A stretch of DNA of 62,557 nt, the filler included, from Bipalium vagum (Eukaryota), in NCBI GenBank assembly GCA_037834085.1. It is 3 parts of 3 records of this genome, joined end to end, with 100 filler letters (N's around TTAATTAATTAA, not from the genome) between each part and the next. Parts side by side here need not be neighbours in the genome. Positions count along the whole stretch, not along the records: positions 46,633 to 62,557 come from JBBMKC010137718.1; 2 more parts are not named here. One strand, given 5' to 3'. Within the stretch, counting starts at the first letter, position 1. The number at the start of each line of letters is the position of its first letter. The notes below the pieces were generated by a model. It saw only the letters and a program-made list of their open reading frames with translations. It did no database searches and was not told the DNA's origin. Both the position numbers and the translations under genes were made by a program. Positions 49,546 through 62,557 of the stretch are shown in pieces.

Positions 49546-52500
49546 ATGAGTGAATATAAATGTGAAATTTGTAATCGAAATTTTTAAAACATCACAAGCA
49601 ATAGGTGTTCATAAAAAATCAAAAAAACATTTATTTCATCTAACTTCGGTTCAAGTACCTTTAGTAAATAATGATCCAACGAAGTTGGCATCACATAGTG
49701 ATGATAATTTAATGAATGAAGATGACAATGCTTCTCAATTTAAAATATATGAAAAAACGTTTCATGATATTTCTTCACCAAATATTACTATAATAGAATA
49801 TCAATTTATAGTTAATGTTACGATAATTAATACTAGAGATAATGAATTCATTACAAAAAAGATTGAATCTGATTAGATTATAAATTTAAATAGAAATATA
49901 ACAAAGGATGATATGATAAAAGGTATTTCTAATTATCAAGAATTGTTGGATAGAGAAATAGATAGAGTAAAAGGATCAGGATGGATAATTGACAAATATT
50001 ATTCTATTAAAGTTAAAGTTGTAGAAATAAATTCAATAAAGGGGGGTTCTTTTATATAATTACCTTTTAGAAGTAATTGTTTTGTTAATATAAAAACACA
50101 TAATAAATATATTCAATATTGTGTATTAGCTCATTTAAATCCCTTAAACAAAAATGCTAATGATCCAACTAGATATACTTGTGATACTGAATTATTTAAA
50201 GAATTAGATGAGTCTACATCGGGAAATAAGTTGGTTTCAATTAATGATATAATACAATTTGAAAAGAAGATAAACATAGCAATAAATGTATATGAATTAA
50301 TGGGTAAGAGGAATGTAAGAGAAAACTATAAAACAGATTTAATATATTATTCAGATTTGAATGAGAAATTAAATAAAGAATATATCGACCTTTTATAACT
50401 ATCCAACAAAGTTGGAATTCCTTCGGAAACATCAAAGAATAATAATGAACGAAGTGAATCACTTAACTGCCATTATGTTTAATTAAACATTTTGAAAGAC
50501 ATGCGTGGTGAAATGGGGTATAAATTAAGTCCAAATCAGGAGTTACATTTTTGTAAGAGATGTCTGAGTTATCAAACAACTTTAGCAGCTCATGAGAATC
50601 ACAAACAATTATACTGAATTCAATAAATTTAGGGGATATAATAATAATATTTTAAAATTTAGTAATTATTCAAAAATGATTAGAGAACCATTTATTATAG
50701 TAGCAGATATTGAAAGTTTAATTTACCTTATCATAATGTAAAAACTTAAGGACAAAATAGTAAAGATGATTCAACTAAGTTGACTTCTCAAAGAGGAGAT
50801 CACAAAGTGAAACCAACTTCGTTGGATCTCTTTAATCAAGTACCCTCATGTACATGTATATACGCTAAATTAATTTCTAAATATCCAGAATTAAAAGAGA
50901 ATGAAAATATTTTATTTACAGGAGAATACTGTAAAAAAGATTTTGTTAAATGGTTAAATGAAAAGGAAAAAGAATTTAGTGATCTATTAAAAGTAAATAT
51001 AAAAATGAATATGAGTGAAGTAGATCCAACGAAGTTGGCTTTACAAAGTAAAGATAAAGTTAATTTTAATAATGCAACAGAATGTATATACTGTAATAAA
51101 AGTTTTACAACCTGCAAAATATAAATCAAAAGTTAAAGATCACGACCACTTTAATGGTAAATATAGAGGTTCGGCTCATTATGAATGTAATTTAATAGCT
51201 AAAAAAACCATCTCATATACCCATTTTTTTGATAATGGAAGTAAATATGATTTTCATGTAATTATAAAAGAGTTGGGCGAACAAGCAATTCATAAAATTG
51301 ATCCTATACTTTTAACAGATGAAACATATATTAGTTTTAAGCATGGATGTATTCAATTTATGGATTCTTTAAGAATGTTTCAATCAAGTATTGATGATGT
51401 TGCTTAATCTATGCCAAATGAAAGTTTTATAGAATTAAAAAAGAATTTGATTGCAGTTTTAAAACATGTGAATTTCAAGAACAGAAAATAGAATTAAAAT
51501 GCACTTGCATAAATTTTAATAAATTTAGGAAGTTTAGTTTATTAAAACAAAATGGATTATATCCTTATGAATATATAACTTCCTTTGAAACATTAAATGA
51601 AACAGAATTACCTCCTAAATAAACATTCTGGACTAGATTAAAACAAAAACATATTTCAGATGAAGAATATTAAAGAGCTAAAGCTATTTGAAATGAATTC
51701 AATTGTAAAACTTTATGGGATTATACACAATAGTTTCCTTAAAGCAAGATGTCTCTATTTTAGCCGATGCTATCGAATGCTTTAGGAACTTATTTTCATT
51801 AGACCTCTGTCATTATGCTTCATCTCCATCATTAACATTTGATTGTGGTCTATTAAAAACTAAATTGAAAGAGTTATTAACTGATTAGTCAATATATGAA
51901 ATGTTGGAGAAAGGAATTAGAGGAGGTATTTCTGGAGTACAAGGAAAAAGACATGTTATAGCAAACAACAAGTATACTAATCCACTAATAAATAATGTAA
52001 AAATAATATCACTATGTGAAGTTAATGAAATTTTAGAGAAAATGAAAAGTGGAATTCCAATTCATCACCATTTCAATTCATCACCATATATAGATGAAAA
52101 CAATTTATATGGATAGTCAATGTCTGAACCAATGCCATTTAAAAATTTTAAATGGATGGAACAAGAGTTTGTAGATGAATATAATACAAATTTAAATAGA
52201 TTTTCAAAGTTATTATTAGATATTTACAAAGTAAAACCAACTTCGTTGGATATTTCTCCTAATGTTCATAGAGGATTTATATTAGAATGTGATTTAGAAT
52301 ATACTGAAGAATGTAAATTGAAAACTTACAAATTACCTTTAGGGCCAGAAAGGAAAACAGTAAGGAAAAAATACTATAATAATCACCAGCAAGGTAAAAT
52401 ACATGAAACAGAATTATTAATAAATGATTTAACTGACAAAAATAATTATGTTGTTCATTATAGAAACTTACAATTTTATTTAAAAATGGGAATGAAGATA

Positions 52501-53110
52501 AAAAGAATAAATATGATTCTAACATTTAATCAAAAACCTTGTTTGAAAGAAAAGTTTTTTTGGAAAAAACAATGAAGGATGTAAGAAGAATAAATATTGA
52601 TTTAGAAACTGATCCTGAAAGAGCTACAAAAATGTTTACAAAACCCACATTTAAATCTTTTAATAATTTCTCAGATAATCTTATAGCAATTTTAGAATTA
52701 AGTAAACTTTTAATGTAGAATTCTTTTATGAAGTTTTATTACCAAAATATCCAGATGAAGAATTATTGTATTTCGACACGGATGCCTATGTACGTACTAA
52801 ATATAAAAACAAAAGATATTTATAAAGATTTAGAAGAAGATAAAGAATTATTAGATTAATTTGATTTTTCTGATTATCCTCAATCATCAACTTCATTTAG
52901 TAATAAAATTAAAAAAGTAATTGGAAAAATGAAAGATGAGTTAAAAGGAAAAATTATGAAAGAATGGATTGCTCTAAGATCAAAATCATATAGTTATAGT
53001 TTTATTAATCCATTTGATAAGAATAAGAATGATATTAAAATGAAGAATAAAGGAATACAAAAATCTATATAAAATAGAGAAAAATTTAGATGAGTTTAAA
53101 AATTGTTTTA
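49546..53110 (+). pseudogene. polB: Protein-primed family B DNA polymerase (Polinton/adintovirus type), inactivated
   Basis: N-terminal C2H2 finger (YKCEICNRNF/KTSQAIGVHKKSKKH) and GSGW..GGSFI*LP. Exonuclease region: ExoI IVADIES, CIYC..DHDHFNGKYRGSAH..CN, ExoII NGSKYDFH, FMDS, GLYPYEY. Polymerase region: GIRGGIS, motif A DENNLYG*SMS, FILECDLEY, motif C YFDTD, GKMKDE..LRSKSYS..KGI. Many stops and frameshifts; motif B partly deleted. Confidence 0.93.
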
Positions 53111-53312
53111 AATTAAATGTTAAAGTGCTATCTATGTTTAAATTTAGTGATGTTGCTGTATTTAATGATGTAGGTGTATAATCACGTTTTTGTACTATTA
53201 AATTTTGGTGGTAAATATTTTTGTTAAAGTTAGTTTTATCATTTTTATATAAATAAATATAATGAAAGTGAACCTTTGGTTCTACAGCCTACAGACTTTG
53301 TCCTCATTATTT

Positions 53313-53905
53313 TTATTCAAATGCAGATAGTAAAATATTTTCATCATCTAAATTAATAAATAAATATTTATATTTTTCTTTCATATGAAAGTTGAACAAA
53401 TAATAAAATTCATCTTTCTCCATAAAAGTTGCTAACATATCATCATAAATATTATTTTTATCTCTTTTTGATATTTTAAATAAAATTAATAAATTAGAAT
53501 TATTTCTTATACTTTTTAAATCTAACTGATAACATGATTGAGATAAATAAATAATAGAACATTTATTATGTCTTCCTTTAGTAAAATACATTTGCATAAT
53601 ATTTTGATTTTTTTCATTTATTTTATCATAAAAAATTATTAATTTTTTTCGATTTTTATCCAATTTATTTGGTGGAGGAATTTCATCTGCTTTATCACTT
53701 AATATCACATTAATTGATTTTTGTTTATACTCATAGTCTTCCTCATGGATTTTTATTTTCTTTTTTTCTATAAACATTTGATAAAGATCTTCTTTTGAAA
53801 ATCCACAATTAAAACAATCTCTTATATATTGAAGTGCTAGTTGAAGTAAAACAGTTTTAGAAAAAATAATTAAGTTATCATAATCAATATAGTTATTAAC
53901 ATTTT
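53313..53905 (-). pseudogene. A32/FtsK-like virion packaging ATPase, N-terminally truncated
   Basis: IDYDNLIIFSK.., a Walker-B-like LIIFYD, and YFTKGRHNKCSIIYLSQS..IRNNSNLLILFK (the GRH....YLSQ / IR.N signature). Walker A is not found. Confidence 0.88.
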
Positions 53906-56079
53906 ATATAACAGATTTTTAATATTTTAATTATTATTCTTTTATCCTAATAATAATTGTGCAATGAACTTGAAATACTAATTGTCGAGACCTTTTCCAA
54001 GTTCTACCTATTCTATATAATAAGGAATTTGCATTATTTAAAAAAATTTGATTTAAAGGAAAATTACCAATAGATTTGAGAAAATTAATGGAAATAACAG
54101 TCATAAAATATGGAAACCATAAAAAAATTCTTAGTAAAATAATGAATTTTTGAAGACTTGTTTAATTTTAAATTTATTTTCTAGTGTGAGATGTAGTGCA
54201 TTGTAATAATAAAATTTTATTGCAATATGTTCAGAATTATATTTTCGAACAGAAAAATTTTAATCCATTTTTCATTTGCATTAATTTAGCATTCTTTTCT
54301 TTACCATTCAATATATATTGTATTATATTCACGAGTTTTGAGACAAATTACATTATTCGATCTAATATAAAGTTTAGAATTAATTCAAAGAGAACAAAAC
54401 CAAAAGTTAACAAAATAAGTAATATTTTAATAAATAGTCTCCATACACAATTTTCTGTTCAAAAATTGAAATAGATTGAACCAACATATAGTCAATTAAA
54501 TTTTAATGTTATGAGAAACGGAACTTCTTTGAAAACAATATGCATAATTTTTGATTTCCCTCTTAATTTTTCTTGTGTTAACGATAATCAAAGGCACTCA
54601 ATAATTCATTAACCCTCAGAAAGAAAAATTATATATTTGTGAAGAATGTTTAAAATTGAAATTAAGAATATATACTCCTAATAATCTCAGAGTCAAACTC
54701 TTGAAAGAAATTTATATGAAATGATATTTTTTAGGAAATATACCTATATTTGATATTCACTCATTTTAAGTACTAAATGGAATGATTGGTTAATAAATTA
54801 ATTTCTGAAAGATAATCATTATAAAAAATTCTTTAAAACTTCAAAACTAAAAATCCAGAAGGTTCGTTTTGTAAAAATTTTTCATTCATCTTAAATTTTT
54901 CCAAAATCTAAATTTCTAATATCAACAAAATTTCAGTTTTCAGAAAATTTTTTATATATAAGATAACACCAGAATTATAGTCGTATTTTATAAACTAGAA
55001 CAGTTAAAAAGTAATCATCATCAATACATCGAAAACACCAAGATAATAAAGAAATATCTTCAAAATGGTAAGGTTGGATTTATTCACAAAACAAAAATTA
55101 ACAGTCAGAAAAGGATTTTAAACGGGAGAAATCAAAATAATACTGTTCATTAGAAAGCTTTTGTGAATACCAAATTCCTGAACGATTTTCATTCCTGGAA
55201 TAAAAAATTTGATTTTTCAAATCTAAAAAATAAATCGATATCGTTTTATTAAATTTTGAGATTTTCAATATATATGGATATATGGTTAAAAAGGAAAACG
55301 AAACCAGAGTATTTTCATTCAATTATCTATCCTTAAGTCAACATATTTCTGCTTAAAAATAATTATTAAGATAATTAATCAATTAACAAAGATTATGATT
55401 AATGGGAACAATTCTATCAATAACGTTCAGAGATAAATGAAAGATAACTCATAATCCCATTGATTGTGATTCAAATCACGAAATATCCAATATTAAGCTT
55501 GTTGCTTATGGGGAAGAAAAACAAGAGCTCGATATTTCCCACAAATCTTTCGACTATTTAAATATAATTAATTATTGGATAAAGTATATATTTATTTCCT
55601 TTGAAGAAATTGATACGTTCTTTGTTGTTAGTTTTCCTAGCCCCTTGTGAAGGAATATATTAAAATTATATTAATATTATATAATATTTTAAAATTAAAT
55701 AATTGAAAAAACCATTTGGTTAAGCCGGCTTGAGAATTACATATATAAATTTTCAAAATAATAATAATATATTATTATTATTACATTATTGATTAAGAAA
55801 ACAGAGTTTTATATTCAAATTTAATGATCACATAAAAATAATTTGACCTGCTTGGAAAATATTAATTATTAATTTCTGTTATTCTTTTTTAACTTTCAAT
55901 ATTAAAAGCTCTGTATATCACGAAGTCAAAACTTATTGGAGTAAAAGGGAATCTGTCAAAATAAATAAATTTGTGACTATCATGATTGCAACAGTTCAGC
56001 GTTTATACCAGATTATATAAAAAATTTCCGGGATTTTTTCATTAAAATAATTTTAAAAATTGATTTTTTCCCTTTCTTA

Positions 56080-56705
56080 TTAGGTCGATACATAAGTTTT
56101 AAAACTTTAAACAAAAATGACAATATTTACAGTAATTAAATACACAGGCACCATTATTTTTCACAATGTCACTTCATTTACAACATACTTTTTTGACAGC
56201 TTCATAAGAAACGAACATTTTCCCGATCAAGAAACATGTTTCATTGATAGTTAGATGATTGTAATGTCTAGACTGTAAGGAGGATAAGATAAAATTTCCC
56301 ACACAAGGTTGATAATCTTTTTGACTGTCTTTTCTTTGTGGTATGCGATCGAGCATTATCATAATGAATAATTGTAATTATTCCATTTCTGTTTGAGAAA
56401 ATATGTTCAATTGCATCTTCCATTATCTCAAACTGAGAACAATATACATCTGCAGTTATTGTTTCACCAAGTTGCACTAGGTGTTTTTTGGCTCTGTGTA
56501 TGTTTAAGATGCCGTCATTTTACAGTTTTGCTTTCTATACCAAAATTCTTAAAATGCTGGAGAATTGTTTCCTTATTGATTCTTAATTTCGAATTTATTC
56601 CAACTAATTTTCAACCGATATCTGTATAACGTCGATTCGATAACCTAAAACCTGTCCGATCTAGGAATGTCTGCTAAATCAAAGTTTCCTAATTTAAATC
56701 GGAGA
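56080..56705 (-). pseudogene. Internally deleted mariner relic
   Basis: RFKLGNFDLADIPRS, GETITADVYCSQ, HYDNARSH and WEILSYPPYSLD. TATTAGGTCG TIR-like end at ~56078. Confidence 0.75.
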
Positions 56706-57996
56706 AATGGTTGGATGTTTATGATATTGAGGTTGCAGGGTCTGTTGGGCATTGTGGAAAATTTTCCTGGTGGTGAAAGTCAGAGGTTGTCGCTAATTAT
56801 GTTTGTAGTTATTTGTCCAAATGGCGAAACATTCCTAAAATGAAAGGAAGCGTAATACCGATGATGTGAATTTGTTTGTGTGGAGAAAGATTTTTGTTCG
56901 TTGAATGGTTCATAGTTCGTGGGTGGCGTACGTTGGTTATATATAAATAATCATTTAATTAATAATATTAACATTAATCATAATACATTTTGAAACTTAT
57001 AATTATCTATTTCACTAAAAAGAGTAAAAATTTATTTTTCATTTTTAATGGTCGAATTAGGAGTCTTTTAGCGATGCAGTTGACGAAAAGTTAATTATTC
57101 AGCTCAGTCGTTCGAGCTGATGTTGGAAATTTCCATCTCACTACATTGATCAGTAGGAGAGATGAGTGACGAATGGCAGGAGCTCTGCGAAATTTATTTA
57201 AGGAGTCGCCAAGGTGCCTGAATTGAAGAAACAAATGTGTAAAAATAGTAGTGAATTAGCAATTTTGTGAACCCTTTTTTGAAGAATTATTTGTTGGATA
57301 GAGATCTTAAAGAAATTTTTGAGGAAAACGATTTTGGCGAGTAACATTTAGTCTTGTTTGTGATTAATATTGTGCTTATTTCTCATCAAATAAAATTTTT
57401 GAACGTTTTCTTTGTTATTCATTTATTGTGATTAGTCCGAGTTGCGAACAAATCATTACGATAACGAATTTGGAGTCAATATAAATAATCTTATTTAGAT
57501 GATGGCTACATAATCAGAGATTCAGATGCGATACAAACAATTGCAGACAAAAAGTACCAATAAGAAGGTTTCAAAATAAATTTTTTTACAAATATTTCAC
57601 AATTTTTATATTTATTATCGTATTTGGTCATTTGAAAACTAATGGCGCACTTTTGAGCAAAACTTTAAACTTTCATACTAAGTCAACTTTAAAAACATTA
57701 AAAATAAACACTATTGGAATCTATGCACTATTTCCAATGTGATAAAAGTTTGTTTTCCAATTTGAGAAAATCTTGATTTTTGGACCCAATAAAGTTCAAA
57801 TATGGTATTGATTTTTGAACTCTATTTTTCAAGAATTGATCACGATGTTTGAAAAACTGAAAATCTTTGACAGCCAAGTACGTTGAATATGGTGGGTGAG
57901 GAAGATTTTCATATCCTAACTCAGAGTTTTTGTACGAAAATTCTTGAATTATATATATATATATATATTGAATTATATTGATAAAGAACTATGTTA

Positions 57997-58684
57997 TTAG
58001 GGGTGTGCATAAGTTTCCATAAGTATTAAAATATGTATTATCTACACGTTGTTTGGAAATATTTTTGTTTAAGTAAGTCAAAATTGATTATATTTATATG
58101 TATTGTCTCAATTTATTTAAACTAGCACATTTATTTACTGGAAATAATATGGAAATCGATAAAATGCGTATTCGCAACTGCATGCTGTCTCTCTTTATGA
58201 ATTATTAAAGTCATCCGAGACTGTTACTGCGGAAATATACAGCCGTCAACTGAAACAACTACACTGTCAATTATTTGAGAAACGGTCATCTTATGGAAGC
58301 CAAAAATAGCCATTTTTCTGCATGACAATTACAGACTACATGTGGTATTAAGAACGAAGGAAACTTTGATGGAATTAAAATGGGAAATTCTACTTCACCC
58401 GGAATATTCTCCAGACATTGCTCCAATGGATTTTTATTTATTCCGTTCTATGCAATATAGTCTGATATACGATTTAGCAATGCTGAAGAGGTGCAGAAAT
58501 TCGTTGACAACTTCATTGAATCAAAACTCGAAGACTTTTTTCACTGAGGTATTTATCTTTTGCCTGAAAGATTACAAAATATTGTAAATAAGGATGGAAA
58601 CTATTTTGATTAAATGCAGTGTTATTTGTAGTGTTATTATAAGAATTCTGCCATAAAACGATGGAAACTTTTGCACACCCCTAA
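57997..58684 (+). mobile_element. Non-autonomous internally deleted mariner (688 bp) with both TIRs
   Basis: TA|TTAGGGGTGTGCATAAGTTTCCAT ... ATGGAAACTTTTGCACACCCCTAA|TA. The start MEIDKMRIRNCML is fused to YELL..ETVTAEIYSRQL, FLHDN and WEILLHPEYSPDIAPMDFYLFRSMQ. Confidence 0.92.
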
Positions 58685-61600
58685 TAAATTAATTAATTAT
58701 GATAATATCTAAAACCAATTAGAAATAGATATCTTTGAAAGTTTTGTTTATTAAACAAATGTGCCATTACTTTCCGAATGACATAATAAAAAGTAACTTT
58801 ACAAGTAGCATAATAAGTAACTTAATAAGTACAATTTAGTTTCTTTTATAAAGCAGTTTAATAATAATAATTAAAAATTGTCAAAATTCAAAATCCAAAA
58901 TCCATATTTTTTAAAAAAAAAACCAGTTTGACTATTTTTTTCATTATTTGCATTAAATATAACCTTAATTAATTAAACAATGAGATGGTGCCGATAGTGC
59001 AACTAATCTATATAATTAAAGATTTAAAAAAAATTAATATTCAAGACAATTTTGTAAATAATTTAAGTTGAAATATTGAAAACAAATATTTAATGACCGT
59101 TTAACTATTCACAAAACAAATTTATGTAAGAAAATTTCTAAATATTTTGTTGAACATTAAAGATAAATAAATTTCAATATTTGGAACTTTTGGTTTTTGA
59201 TATTCATGAGTATTTTTATGAAAATATTCAAACCTGATATCTAAAATAACATGAAATTACAATCAAATTTATAAAAAATATAACATTTTATAACTTTTGA
59301 ATAAATTACTACTACTACTAGAACTAATACTACTAATAATAAATTTTCAACTTAGTTAAAAAAGTATAAAACGAAATTAATTGAAATGAAAAAAAATTAC
59401 GTACAGACATATTTGCTTTACAAATAATTGACTAAAATGTACTCGGATGTTGTTCGTTACGCACACACTAGACTATGATCTATTAAGTGAAGAAGACTAT
59501 TTTTTGAGATTTGATAATATTATAGAGTATGGGTCCAGTATTTTTGAGGTCGAAACACCCGTTACTTTTTCAAAGGCCATTTTATTTAAGTCATTCGTAT
59601 TTATCGACAAGCAGTCATAATAGTTCACAAAAGATTCGGACCAGATTTTTGTTTTAGTTACTTTCAAGAAACAAATAAGCGGTTTTTATCATTTTCACAA
59701 GAATTTATTTTTTGAAAATAAAAATTATTATTGATTGTATTATTATTGTATTATTGATTATTAAAGTATAAATTTTTCAAATGAACATAAAAGTTTAACA
59801 ATAATTTTCGTGAGAATATTTATAAAAATTCTTACTCCTCTGCTCCAGATAACTGTTTTGTCTACATAAATTTCAATTTTAACGAACTGGATTTCAGATG
59901 ATTCTTACAAAACTGATACAAGGGCGATGGCAGTCTGAGCGATCATGCTTCATCAAAGCAATATTAAATTATTATCAGTTTGATCTAGAATAATAAAATA
60001 AACATCGGAAATCCATTTAAATCCAGTCAGTTTTATTACAGCAACTTTCAATAGAAAATAATAAAAAGATAAAAAAGATTTATAAAAATTAATAATAAAT
60101 GACAAGAAGTTAAATGTTAGGAGTAAAGGTTTCATATTCTTCATACACTTTACAGGAAATGCTGCACCATAGTGCACATGTGAATCAAAACTGAATGGTC
60201 AAATGTATTTGGATCATCATTATCATTATCAGTAATAATAATTATAATAATAATATAAAAAATAATAACAAATATAATATAAAAAATTATAATTTCTTCT
60301 TTGCATAAGGTTCCATTTATCTAGTCAATATTTGATTAGTTAATTCTTCCCATAACCATGTGAAGTCAAGCATCTACTTATAATGATTGTTTTCTAGTCT
60401 CACTGCTTTGGTCTGCAAAAATAGTAACGATTCTCATTGGAAGTTTCCTGAGATGTTTAGTCTTATTAATAGTAAAAGGTATATTAAATCATGATCATGT
60501 TAAATTTCTCATGTTTTCTGCTTTCTAACCTTACATTTTTCAGTTTAATAAGAATTTTCTTTTTTTGAAAAAAATTACAGTACAAAAAGTATTTTAGTCC
60601 TTCAAAAATACACAAAAATATTATTTTAGATTGGTTTCTTTTTTCCAAATAATTTCTAAATAAAAATGTTTGAAAACTATAAATAGTTTATGTTTAATTA
60701 AAAAAGTGAAGTTCAGATATTTACTTTAAATCACAAGCAAACATATATCTTAATTATTTCTCTATATTGTCTGTAAAACCCATGCTTTCTAAGCACAGTT
60801 GTTTTCTTAATCTTTAAAGAAACATCTCACAAAGGATTTCAACGCTGAAGTTATCAATTTGTTTGTTAATCAAGCTCAATAGTCAGAAAAATAAAAACGT
60901 TTTTGTAAAACCTTTTTTTAGAAACAGTAATTTTCAATTTTCTTTGTTCAGCTAATCTTTTAAATTGATATATTCATTGAATTCCTGATCATTGGATTTA
61001 TATTGAAAAATACGTTCCATCAATTTAAAATTAAATAATTTTCATTATAAAATATAAAACAAACACGAAATTAAGAAAAATTATTACACGATCAATGTTC
61101 AGATAAACGATATCGAATAATCAATGAAAAAATGATAGAAAATCAAACTTATTTCACAATCTGACAGATAAATTGTTTTAAACTAATAAATAAAATATAA
61201 TAAAAAAGCCCAGACACAGAAATAAACAAATATCTTATCTTTAAATTTTTAAACAAAACAATATTAACTAGTAATAATTTTGTAAAAAATCTCTGTTATA
61301 AGAATAAAAGCCGTTCATAATTGGCTTTTTTCGCTTATTAGGTAATCTGAAAAAGCTGTCTCTGTTTACGATGAATAATTCCAGAAAATCTTCATAGAGA
61401 TTACGACGAAAAGCCAAAATTTTTTTATAAAGAAGAAATTTACCAAACAACAGTCGATAATTATTACTCAATGCGATATAGGGATTTGTGTAAAAACTTA
61501 ATTAAAATTACTTTCAGATATAAAGATTTACTGTACTTTAAGACAATCAATTTGTGACAATTCCACAATACACAGTTATTTTAAAATTAGTTTTACTCAA

Positions 61601-61859
61601 AAATACAAAACTTAATTAAATCTATTCTTCTTTTAATACTTTTTTTCACATTTTGGAGAATGAAATTAACCATATTGTCAATCCTCGATTATTTTAGTTT
61701 TCATTATCCTACAAAGATTAAGGTCACTTGTTTTAATAATCTCTGTTAATAAAGTATCTGATATTTTTAAGTTAACTGTTATTAGAAAAGATTCAAAACA
61801 AAAATCATCCTAAAATTTTACTTTGTTAAATTACGTAAACTAAATTTGCACACTAAAAA

Positions 61860-62020
61860 AATTATGGTTGGTCGTCCATGGCCTGTCTGATCCATCACAG
61901 CTTCCTAAATCCGGGCAAAACTATTACAGCAGAAACATACTGCCAGCAAATAGACGAAATGCATAGGAAACGTCGAGTCGGGAATTGGTCAATAGAAAAG
62001 GACCAATTCTGTTGCACGAA
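61860..62020 (+). pseudogene. mariner catalytic-domain fragment
   Basis: LIHHSFLNPGKTITAETYCQQIDEMHRK..NRKGPILLH. Confidence 0.8.
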
Positions 62021-62483
62021 AGTCTCAATAAACCACTTACAAAAGATTCAAAGAATTAAAGAGATATCTATAAAAAAACAATAAAATCTTTGAAGGAAAC
62101 AAGTTTAAATAATTTCTTTAATAAATGATTTTTGTCATTTTACTAAGTATTTTTTTTATTTATGATTATTAAATAATTTACAATAGTCGATTATTCGATT
62201 CAACAAATGCCTCGGAGCAAAACCCGGATAATTGAACAGACTTTTTTTATCCATTTCATGTCAAATATTGAGTATATCCAGCAGTAATCTTTTCATAAAA
62301 AGATGGTCATGCTAAATCATCAATCATCTGTAATAGTTTTGGCTCAAAAATATTTTAAAAAGTAATTGTATTTTCAAAGATTATAACGTTGAAGATTTAT
62401 TTTAATACAAAATATTTTCTTATTAAAGAAATCAAATTTCTAAAAATAAACTAGTTTTGTAGAATAGTATTATTATTCTAATT

Positions 62484-62484
<1 letters not shown>

Positions 62485-62557
<73 letters not shown>
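62485..62557. repeat. Head-to-head (AAT)n/(ATT)n microsatellite
   Basis: About 10 AAT units directly followed by ATT units running to the window end. Confidence 0.9.

Larger units (their letters stand above)
47192..53905. mobile_element. Decayed Polinton/Maverick (adintovirus-like) endogenous element, partial
   Basis: Intronless, densely packed, frameshifted ORFs, including a protein-primed PolB and a convergent A32-type ATPase. Integrase, capsid and protease genes and TIRs are not seen in the window. Confidence 0.9.

Noticed and set aside
54900-55600. Exon-like segments with splice signals (also 13150-14130, 25400-25840, 59830-60450)
   Set aside because: In-frame stops and no recognisable protein family; I cannot build a consistent gene model by eye.

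Overview
Very AT-rich eukaryotic (metazoan-like) genomic DNA made of three contigs (1-29751, 29852-46532, 46633-62557) joined by artificial 100-nt N/TTAATTAATTAA linkers. Three spliced host genes can be reconstructed by eye. (1) A PGAP2/Frag1-like gene (3879-12520, missed by the ORF track), split by a ~7.8-kb transposon-filled intron and possibly damaged. (2) An ANP32-family gene with 42-47-nt introns (21499-22409). (3) A ~24-exon GCN1 gene (33129-44170). Most of the rest is a transposon graveyard: many mariner/Tc1 relics, a Merlin transposase relic, a Merlin-type MITE, a hAT-like relic and several families of solo-LTR-like elements. One solo LTR has a 4-bp target-site duplication (TSD) and cleanly splits a mariner; another is a 3.4-kb composite with an embedded ORF. 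Contig 3 carries a decayed Polinton/Maverick (adintovirus-like) element with a protein-primed PolB, an A32-type packaging ATPase, a membrane protein and a GxGL-motif protein. The most striking unexplained signal is a family of ~30-nt double mini-hairpin inserts (CCAAC-GAA-GTTGG plus TYAC-NNN-GTRA), present in both orientations inside the PolB coding sequence. All calls are manual motif recognition; no searches were run.
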